DNA of 64,000 nt, taken from Camelus dromedarius. Its lineage: Eukaryota. Shown here piece by piece: positions 53,743-64,000 of this stretch (its first letter is position 1; each line of letters begins with the position of its first letter). The stretch covers positions 48,300,001 through 48,364,000 of the forward strand of contig NC_087447.1 of NCBI RefSeq assembly GCF_036321535.1, in the 5' to 3' direction. A program made the translations under genes and the position numbers. The notes beneath the pieces were generated by a model. It had not been told where the DNA came from, did no database searches, and saw only the letters and a program-made list of their open reading frames with translations.

Positions 53743-54782
53743 TTAAAATCCTAACCCCTTACCATGGCTTATGACAAACACACTTTCTAACTCCTACAGT
53801 CTTCTTTAGCCTCATGTCATACTACCCTCTGCCAGGTTCACTGTGTTCTAACTCTACAGCAGACTCTGCCAGCCTCCAGGCCTTTGCTTTTATTCTTCCC
53901 TTAGTCTGGAATATACCTCCTGAAACTTTTCACATGACTAGCTTCTGTTTACCTTTCAGGTCTCAACTGAAAAGTGGCCTCCATGTAACCTTTTAAAAGT
54001 TGAAGTATATATATAAAATAGGTAAACAACAAGGCCAGACTGAATAGCACAGGGAACTATATTCAATATCTTATAATAAGCTATACTGGAAAAGAATATG
54101 AAAAGGAATATACGTATATATGTATAACTGAATCACCATGCTATACACCAGAAACTAATACATTATAAATTGATTATACTTTAAATAAATAAATAAATAG
54201 TTTAAATTTAAACTTATTTTCCTCCACTCATTTTTCCATCATGTACTCACTTTTGATCACACTTTCCTGTTTTATTTTCTTTATAGACCTCATCACTGTC
54301 TGAAAATATCCTACTTATTTATTAGCTTATTTCACTGTTTCCCGTTTCTACTAGAATCCTTGAGAGTAAGGACCTTGTCCCTCAACAAGTATTTGTTTAG
54401 TGAATGAATAAATTTCATTTCCCCCAGACCATAAGAGCTGTGAGGGCAGAGACCTATTTTGTTCAACATTGTACTCCTACTCCAAGTATAGTATCTTTCC
54501 ATATTACCAAGGACTTAATATTTTAAAGTTGGGTTTATTGAGGTGTATTTTACATCTAGTAGAAGTCACCCTTTTTAATTGCACAATTTTGTGAGTTTTG
54601 ACAAGTATATATCGTCATATAAGCAATACCACAGTCAAGATATAGAACATAATACATTTTTAGAAAATTAGTAGGTCAATCACTGAGAGTAATTCAGTAA
54701 ACAGCCATCAATAGCTGTACTTTCTGAGTACTGCCAGCTGATCAGCCTAGCCCATTGTTGACATAGCTCATCTGTCATGCAG

Positions 54783-54874
54783 GTGAACGGGAGGTTGGAA
54801 CAGAGTTGAAAATGTTGCTGTTGGCCCGAGAAGATAAGAAACTTCAGTGTTTCGGACTACAGAGCAGGCAGCCG
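54783..54874 (+). CDS. PAAF1: PAAF1 exon 8 (followed by a GC donor)
   Basis: tgcag|GTGAA ... CCG|gcaagt. Encodes (S)EREVGTELKMLLLAREDKKLQCFGLQSRQP. 92 bp. Only the GC donor keeps frame with exon 9. Confidence 0.9.
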
Positions 54875-55971
54875 GCAAGTGGTTCATCTAAGATCTTTGA
54901 ACTCTGGGGCAACCTCGGTCACTCTGATTCTTAGAAAGTTGTTTTGAAAATATTTCTGCTTTCTCCCTGTGATCACCTTTTGAGGAAGCTGTGTGAGTGA
55001 GAGGGGCTGTGCAGTATAGTGATTAAGAGCATGGAATATGAAATAAGGGCAACATTTAAATCCTAGCTCTTCCTAATGGCTGTGACATCAGACAGGTTAC
55101 TTAACCTCTCTGAGCCTCAATTTCCTTATCACTAAACTGGGCATGGTAGGACTTACCATATAGGCTTATGTGATGAGATTAAATGCCCTACTGCTTTGTG
55201 ACCTTTATCAAGTCACTTTCCCTCTGGGCCTTAGTGTGCTGTTTGTAAAATGATGAGATTCTGTAGGTTCTCTTCTATCTCTAAGGTAATGTGAAGAATT
55301 TCTGAGTAAAGGACTCATGCATTCAGGGCTCTAGATCAATTAATGACCAGAATGTCTTTTATAGAAGAATTAGTTAAATTTTCTTCCTTCATTTGCTGAG
55401 CTTTTGCCAAGCAGACTGTGCTCCTAATTAAACTCTGAGTTCCTTGAGATTGGATTTTCTAAATTTCTATCCAGCTGCTGTCATCATCATCCAGACGATG
55501 TAATTATTTGGTTTGGCCATAGGCTTTGTATTTTCATTTCATCCATTATTGCCTTGTGCTGGTGATGTTTCCATTTTCAAAGTTTGTTCTGGGAATATCA
55601 CTGTTTTTGATCATATTGCCTTTGCACTCTGAATTTCCATGCTGGCTTTTACTTCCAAAGGGAAATCAGGGGATTCTGGTGTTGAGGATCCCATGAGTCA
55701 ATATGTTAAGGGGAAATAGTGTGAAAGCTCCTACCTCAGATTTCAGTATTATATAACCTGCTTAAGTTCTCAGTCAGCCTCAGGTTCCTGAAATCCTGGG
55801 AGTGCTTCCTCCTCAGTTGTTGGTGAATGATTAGTTTAGACTGGGAGTGCTTGAAGAGGGAAGAAGGAAATTCTGTCTAAAAATAGTAAAATTCTCATTT
55901 TCTTAGGGCTTGTTTATTCCAGGAAACAAATTAATCTTTAAATAGCATTTTTGGCTCCTGCTTGTTCCCAG

Positions 55972-56087
55972 GTGTTCCTCTTTATTGGCTCAGATGCCTT
56001 CAACTGCTGTACTTTTCTCTCTGGCTTCTTGCTGTTGGCTGGGACGCAGGATGGAAACATTTATCAGCTGGATGTAAGGAGTCCAAG
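55972..56087 (+). CDS. PAAF1: PAAF1 exon 9
   Basis: cccag|GTG ... CAAG|gtgagt. Encodes VFLFIGSDAFNCCTFLSGFLLLAGTQDGNIYQLDVRSP. 116 bp. Confidence 0.94.
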
Positions 56088-57680
56088 GTGAGTCACCATT
56101 CGTTTGCATGGTGCAGGTCTTCTATAGAGTGGAAATTTTATTGGCTTTCACAGTGGTTTAGCCTAGCATATACATGACTGTTGAATCAAGGGTATATTTT
56201 TCCATTTATAAAGGTTTTCCAGTGTGAATTGTTTGATTGTTCCTGTTATTCCTGGAATCACATTAAAAGGTAATTTGATTCCTGCTGTCATGATTGTTAT
56301 GATTGCTTTGGAAATTGAGCTTAAATAATGAGCTAACATTTTACTTATAATAATTGGGTAAAACTTTTAATTTCAAGGAGCTTAGTAATTTTCCCCATGG
56401 TATTAGATCTGGGTTGATCTAAGATTGATCATTTTTAGTTCCAGTAAGCCAGTTCTGATTCTTTATTTGGCTTTGATCATAACCTCTAAAATAGGCTTTA
56501 TCCTGGTCTTAAAGATATCCAAAGAGAATCCACATCCTCTTTGTCCCAGGATTTAACAGTTTCTACGGTTCTGTCCCTTCCTCCTTCTGTTTCCTTCTTT
56601 TGTTTAACTGATATTTATTGAATGGCTTCTGTGGGCACCAGGCTTTGTGCTGGGCACCAAAAAATGGAAATAGAAAACAAAGATTCTGCCTTGGAGGCAC
56701 TTGGAGTCTAACAGTAAAGATGGGCAATGAAAGACTGTTGTGATACAGTGTGATCAATGGTCTAACAGGGTTACACACAGGAATTTGAGGAAGCACCAAG
56801 AAGGAGAAGGAAGAAGGTAAGACTGCTTCTCCAAAGAAATGAGGCTTTAGTTAGATCTTGTCCAGTAGAAAGTTACCAAGTGAAAAGCAGAAGAACCTGC
56901 CTTTGGTTGAACAGCATATAGAGAGCAATGGAGTATGAAAGTATGACACTTTAAGGGATTTCTATGTAGTTTAATATGACAAGTGTGTTCCTTGCCAATG
57001 GAGCAATGTTGAGAAGTGATCCAAGACAGGAAAACAGGAATTTGATTAGAAAGGACTTACATACCATCCCCAGGAGTTTGGACTTTATTCTTAGAGCAAT
57101 TTCAGCTTAAGAGTGACCAGATTATACCTTTTCTTCCATAATTTATTTTATTTTTATATTTGTTTTTGTCTCCATGGAGATTGGAAATTTCATCGTTATA
57201 AAATCACCTACATATATGTATATAAAATTGGTTCTTACCGTTCTCTTTTGTTTTGCAGAGTCCTAACAGTTTTAGTGTTTTACAACTGTCTTGATTTTGC
57301 CTATAAGTAAAAAGATTAACATATTGTTAACATTGTTATTTTATTTTTTTACATTTTTTATTGAAGTATAGCTGATTTACGTTAACTTTGTTATTTTAAA
57401 CCCTTGTCAGTCCTCCCCTAAAATCTGGAGATATCGATGGTGACTTTGTTCATTCCACTCACATATTTAGAGATATGTTTAGATTCATTCCAAGGTGGTT
57501 TTGAACGGATTACCTTGATCTACCATTTAAGGACCTAGCCATGAAAGAAACCATATGAATGTTTACTCTGTCCACATTTGTCCTGTGTGGTGTTTTGTGT
57601 TTAGCTCTATATGTTGTACATAGTCAAGCATTGCTTTTGAAGAAAAAAAGTGAAATTTCCCTATTTATTTTGAATCCCAG

Positions 57681-57763
57681 GGCTCCAGTACAAGTCATCC
57701 ACAGATCAGGAGCACCAGTTCTGTCCTTGCTGAGTTTCAGAGATGGATTCATTGCTAGCCAAG
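57681..57763 (+). CDS. PAAF1: PAAF1 exon 10
   Basis: cccag|GGCT ... CAAG|gtaggt. Encodes (R)APVQVIHRSGAPVLSLLSFRDGFIASQ. 83 bp. Confidence 0.94.
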
Positions 57764-59254
57764 GTAGGTCCAGGGGCCAATGGAGAGAGGTGGTTCTATA
57801 TAGTTCAGTTAAACATAGGTTTAAATGCCTGGTCTGTGGCTAGACTAGGGGCATAGTGCTCCAGGATTCATTGGCATATTGTGTTTTTCACATGGCCTTT
57901 AACACACTACTTGTGATTGTCTATGCTCCTCTGCAGTCTAAGCTCCCTGAGAGTAGTGACTTGGCCTTATTCATCATGCTATCCCCAGCTTTTTAATTCA
58001 GTGCCCACTTTTTAATTCAATACAAATAAACATTGGTAGAGCAATATATTGATCCTTGTTGCAAAACATTGAGGATTCGATAATGAATCAGTTACAGTCT
58101 CTGCCCTAAAGGAGCTCACAGTTAATAAGGCAGACAGACATGTGGACATGTGATTGAGTACAGCTTGATAAATTGTGCAGCAGAAGACTATATGGGAACA
58201 TGGGAAACAGCTAATTCAAGTGGTAGGAGTGCTACAGGGACATCTTCATGGAGTAGGTGACATGTAATCTGATGAATATTTTACCAGCTAAAGATGTAAA
58301 GATGAACATTGAGGGCCAAAGCTATAGTGTGTGTAAAGTCATAAGTGAGGGAAGAGGGGCGAAAGTAAAGGATCTATCATTTACTAGGTGCCTGCTATGT
58401 AGTAGGTACTGTGTTCAATGCTTTACATACATAGTCTGGGTAAAGTGAATACCTCGGTGTAACTAGTACAAAATACTTGGAATGGAGTTTGGGAGTGAGA
58501 TTAGGAGAAATACACGGAATAAGATGTCTGTTAAGGGACTGAATCTTCATAGGAATGATGTAGGTGAGGAGGACTGGACTGTAGGCCTGGAGAGGACCAT
58601 CTTACCTGAGTATTTCAGTGTTATCAGGATGTTTTTGACTGTTAATAACAGAACACTCAACTGAAAATGGCTTCAATAATTAGGAAAGTGTACTACTTCA
58701 CTTAACAAAGATGTCCAGGTTTATGGTGGTTCCAGATTAGATTAATATAGTGATTTGAAAACAAAGTCAATAGAGGAGCCTAAGAAAACTTGATAGCTAA
58801 GTCATTGTGGTGTTCTGAATTGCATCCAGGACACTAAAAACTGGTGAAATCCAAGAAAGTATGAACTAAAACTGGCAGACGAGCATATGAGAACTTTCTA
58901 TACTATCTTTGTAACTTTTATGTAAACATAAAATTATTCTAAAAGTATTTAATTTTTTTTTAATTTAAAAAGTGAATAAAAGCCTTAATAAGGAAAAAGA
59001 AATAAAATCAAGAGCCAGGTTTTTTTTTTTTTTTCCCTTCATCTTTTGGTATTGTCCTCCCTGGCATGCTGGCTTTTGTCCTCAGGCTTGTTCCCTCAGG
59101 GTCACAGTGCAAGATAGCTGCAGCAGATCTCATCCTCATGTAACATGGATACTGTTACACTTTTTTTTAAGAATGAGGAACATTTCCTTAGGAGCAGCCC
59201 AGCTGATTTACTGTTATACCTCATTGGCCAGAATTACAATATATAAAACATGCC

Positions 59255-60190
59255 ATCCCAAGAAGACCTAAATAGCATTTCTCCAAAGAAGACATACAGA
59301 TGGCCAAGAGGCATGTGAAAAGATGCTCAACATTGCTAATTATCAGAGAAATTGCAAATCAAAACTACAGTGAGGGGAAAAAAAAAAAAAACTACAGTGA
59401 GGTATCACTTCACACCGGTCAGAATGGCTGTCATCAAAAAGTTAACAAAGAATAAAGAGAGTTTGGAAAAAAAGGGAACCCTCCTATACTATTAGTAGGA
59501 TGTAAATTGGTGTAGCCACTATGAAAAACAGTATGGAAGTTCCTTAAAAACTAAAAATAGAGCTACCATATGATCCGGCAATTCCGCTCCTGGGCATTTA
59601 TCTAGAAGAGACAAAACTATTTGAAAAGATACATGCACCAGTGTTCATCGCAGCACTGTTTACAATAACCAAGACATCGAAACAGCCAAAGTGCCCAACA
59701 GAAGATTGGTTTAAGGTGTGGTATTCATATACTATGGAATATTACTCAGCCATAAGAAAGAATGAAATATTGCCATTTGCAGTCACTTAGATGGACCTAG
59801 ATAATATCATACTAAGTGAAATCAGTCAGGCAGAGAAAGACAGATATTATATCACTTAGATGTGGAATCTGAAACATAATACAAATGAATCTATATACAA
59901 AACAGAAACGGACTCACAGACATAGAAAACAAACTTATGGTTACAAAAAGGGGAAAGGGTGAAGAGGAGGGATAAATTAAGAGTATGGGATTAACTGCTA
60001 TACATAAAATAAAGCAACAAGGATTTACTGTATAACACAGGGAACTATATTCAGTATCTTGTTATAACCTATAATGGAAAATAATCTGAAGGAAAAAAAA
60101 TATATATATATATATAACTGAATCACTTTGCTGATTCACCTGAAACTAACAAAATATTATAAATCAACTATACTTCAATTGAATATAATA
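59255..60190 (+). mobile_element. L1 3' ORF2 + 3'UTR fragment in PAAF1 intron 10
   Basis: gaagacctaaatag...aaaagatgctcaacattgctaattatcagagaaa...gagctaccatatgatccggcaattccgctcctgggc...aaatcaactatacttcaa. Confidence 0.88.
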
Positions 60191-63100
60191 ATAATACATG
60201 CTATGCCTAAAGTGACAAGGGGAGAGTAGTGGAATTACCATAATTGGCTTAGATTAATCAAGATTCACCCCCCAAGTCACTGGTTTACTGGAAATAATCT
60301 GGGATCCTGTTAGTCAAGAGAAGGGTTGGGAAATAGATGAGTAGGCAGCCAACAGTGTCCAGATTTTCACGGGCATCACTCTTATATAGGTAGGTACCCT
60401 TCATCCCTGTCAAAACTGGTGCCTTATTTACCTAGCCCTTCTTCAGGATTTTCAGACCGCAGCAAAGAGTAATCAGGAATCTGTAGACCTGATTTTCTAG
60501 CTCTTCTACACTCCCTCTCAATCTCTTTCTCCCCGTGTCTGGGCATCAGTTGGTGTTATAGTGGGTTTATGAAACCTTAATAAGAGATCAGCTGGCATAA
60601 GCTTGCAACAGCTTCCCTTGATGCTGCTGCCATCACGCATTATGATCCTATTTCTTTGATTCCCTTTGCTGCCATGCTACTCTCTTCCCTTGAGATCCTG
60701 CAGGATGTCCACCATCTCCATCCCTCCACTCAGAATGCCCTCTTGAAGGCTACCAATGATGAGCCCCTTGGTAGATCCAGTGTCCTTTTATGGGTACAGG
60801 CCTATCTTGTCCACTAGTCTCTAAGTTTCCTTGAGGGCAAGTGCTATGTCTTTTTCATCTCTCTATCCCCAGCTCTTGCACAAGACTGAAGAATCTCAGC
60901 AAATGTTTGCTGAATGAGTGAGTATATATTTTTCATCTTTCATGACTCTTAGTGGTAATGGATTCTGTTAGTTCCTTCTTAAAACTGTTAATTCCTTTGA
61001 CTTTGGTGATACTAATTAATCTCCTGATTGTTCTCTTTCTCTAATTACTGCTTCTTTTTCCATTTCCCTGGAATCATATCTAGCATGATTCATGGTATAC
61101 TGTAGGTTCTCAAATTGTTTGTTGAACTTGAATCCTTTTGCTATTCCTACATTGTTGCCATACCTAAACCAGAGGTATTTCCTGAGTTCAGCCTTTGTCC
61201 TTCTACCTTTTGTTTTCCGTGCTTCCTAACGGACTGACTGTTCTCATGGTTTTAGCTGTTAAAGGTTGGAATCCATAGCCCTAGCCCTGACCTCCTACTT
61301 AGCCCTTATTTTATTGGGCAGCAGCATGATATGGAAAAAGTACAGATTTTGGACCCAAACTGATAGCCTAACCAGTGAGTTTAAATCCTCACTCTATCAC
61401 CTACTGTTAGATTCAACCATATGAAATATATTTTATTTATAAAATTTATTTTAAATAAATTATGTTTTATTTATAAAAATGGCAGTTGTGTATGGTTTGA
61501 TCTAATAGTTCTATGACCTTTGGTAAACCATTTCACTTTCCTAAGTCTCAATTTCCTTAGAGATAAAATATATAAAGTACTCAACATAAAGTAGATATCC
61601 TATAAATGATAATTTCTTCTTATTCCTGTAACTTTGCCTTGCCCTATAAGCCCTCCTAAAAAGTATTTCTTATCATCATGACCCAGGACAAGGCACACAC
61701 TCACAAAAAGTAGAATTATGCTGTAGGGAAAGATATGTGAAAGTATCAAAGGAATAATAAATGTTACAAGAGATTGACGGAGAAAGGGTTTACTATATGG
61801 GATGGTTAGAAATTGCTTCCTAGAGGGAATGTTGATAGCGCTGGGGCTTATCAAGTAAGATTTGTGTATAGAAACTTGAGTGCAGAAGAAGAGCTATGAT
61901 AATCATACTTTTTTTGAGAGGAAAGAAAAAAACTCAGTAGTGTAGCTTTTCCTTGCTGAAGTAGTAATAACAGTGAAAAACTGACAAAAGATTATGGTTG
62001 GTTTCCCCCTCTGGCTTAAAATGAGATTTTGAAGGATTATAAACTTCAAACATGGTACAGCACATGAGAAGCTTATGTTGCTTGGTGGCAGTTCTGAAGT
62101 GACAGAACTTAATATCCCTGAGAACCTGCATGTAGCTCACCCAGGGCCTCTGCATTTTCTTACATCCCCTGTCCTACTGTTAGGCTATTTTAAAAAAATA
62201 CTTACATCTCTGTTGCAAGGGAATGTGTGGGAAACTTGAAGGGTAGCGTGTGGAGAAGAGCTAACTCCTGGCCCTCCTACTTTTTGTAGCTCTTTCCTGC
62301 TGGAGAGAAGGAAAGGCATAATTTCTGTTATTAATAAATATCTAAAAGGAAGAGAGGTTAAAATTATAACTCTGTTTTCAAAGGACAAAACTAAGAGCAA
62401 TAAAAGAAAGTTACCAAGAGCCACATTTCAGTTCAATATAAGGAAAAGTGTTCTGTTTCATAAGAAAGAAGCTGGCATTGAGGTAACAAGCACCATTAAC
62501 TCTGGGACTGGACAAACAGGTTGGTTGACTCCTCTGCAGGATGCTCTTAAGGGAATTCTGTACTAGTTTAGAAGCTGGAAATAGATGATCTTTGAGGACT
62601 TTAGAACTCTGATTTACTAGAGAAAGGATTAAAATTGCCAGATTAAACAATTTTAAAAACTTTTTATTACAGAAATTATCAACCAGATACAAAAGTAAGG
62701 AGAATAGCACAATGAACTTGGTGTACCTATTATCCAACTTCAGCTGTTACCAATGGCTAATCTTGTTTCATCTTTTCTTACCCATTCTCTTACAATCCCC
62801 AACCCTTATAATTTTGAAACCTATCACAGACATCATATTATTTCATCAGTCAGTATTTCTATATGTATCTCTAAAAGGTAAAGATTCTTTTTTGGAAAAG
62901 ATTACTTTTAATAATAATACAAGAATAAGGTCCTCCTGTATGCTGCTGCTTGTTGTATAGATTGATTAACAGATAAAGTAATACTGATCAACATGTAATT
63001 TTGGAAAGCAGTTTTTCAGGTTTCTAAAATGTTTGAAAAGACTAGTTAATGTGTTTTGATTCTTGTCCAAGGTTCAATACAAAGTCAAAATCTTAATATA

Positions 63101-63852
63101 GAAAAAACTTTATGCAGAAACTATTCTTTTATACAGTATGCTCTCAACCATGTAAAATGAAAATTTGCACAGAAAAGACTGAAAAAATACATTAAAATGT
63201 GAATGGTAATTGTCTTCAAATGGTTGATTATGGGTGATGTTTTTACTTCTGTTCCTTTATTTTTAAAGTTTTCTTCAGTGAGCACGTACTACTCTTATAT
63301 TAAGTAAAACAAGAACAAAAAATCACTTATTCAGTAGTTTATACATCATTCCAAGTTTCATTTGTCCATGCTTTTCTGAGAAAAGTAAGTTTAAATATTA
63401 GATATATTTTTATTTTCTTGGTATAACCTGATGTATGTGTTCAAGTTCATAGACTGAAGAATAATTTGGGAGCATAATTTTCTTAAAGAAGACATTTATG
63501 TAGACAAATTCCCTGTTAAAGATAATTGTCTAGGATAAATTTGCAAACAGATATATAACCTGCATTTGTTTGCTCTGTGCCCTTGGCAGTTATTGCTAAT
63601 CAAAGATAACTCTTCTTCCCACTAAGCTTGCTCTTGGCCTTCAAATCCTTTTGAGCCAGCATTTTAGGCCGACATTATAGGGCCTCATATTTGAGCCACA
63701 TAATGAGACCTGTCTGCCATTCTGGGTCTTAGGACAGTCTTCTTTAGGCCAGTGATGTACAGAAATAAACTAAATATTTAGTTGGGTTTTTTTTAAACTC
63801 CTTTTCATACAGCTTTCTCTTCAGTTATCTAAGTTTTCTTTCTGCCTTTTAG

Positions 63853-63935
63853 GTGATGGAAGCTGTTTCATTGTCCAGCAAGACTTAGACTATGTCATTG
63901 AGCTCACTGGGGCTGACTCTGACCCTGTGTACAAG
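63853..63935 (+). CDS. PAAF1: PAAF1 exon 11 (final exon beyond window)
   Basis: ttttag|GTGAT ... AAG|gtacat. Encodes (G)DGSCFIVQQDLDYVIELTGADSDPVYK. 83 bp. Confidence 0.93.
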
Positions 63936-64000
63936 GTACATACCTGAGAGGAGATCAGGCCTGTGTGATTCTCACCTGGGATCTAGGGCTTTAGAGGAGA

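Overview
Mammalian nuclear DNA, most likely a camelid (camel/alpaca lineage, inferred from vic-1-type tRNA-Ala-derived SINEs). It is syntenic with the human MRPL48-COA4-PAAF1 block. It contains the last four coding exons of MRPL48 (+), the whole COA4/CHCHD8 gene (-; single coding exon, twin CX9C protein), a CpG-island bidirectional promoter, and PAAF1 coding exons 1-11 (+; 1101 nt = 367 codons in one open frame; last exon outside the window). The rest is intronic or intergenic and rich in L1, L2, MIR, SINE, DNA-transposon and LTR remnants. I found no new gene system. The strongest unusual observations are: (1) two inverted L1 copies about 16 kb apart share a 787-bp tract with one mismatch, including three shared disabling mutations, while their flanks differ by about 7-10%, which suggests ectopic gene conversion; (2) a ~360-bp unidentified, TSD-flanked, tail-less insertion that was later hit by one of those L1s; (3) a GC-AG intron in PAAF1; (4) a sense-oriented solo LTR in PAAF1 intron 2 with intact promoter boxes but a non-canonical polyA signal; (5) several ultra-short TSD-flanked retrotransposition scars. 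Repeat family names are from recalled consensus sequences, and repeat boundaries are approximate.
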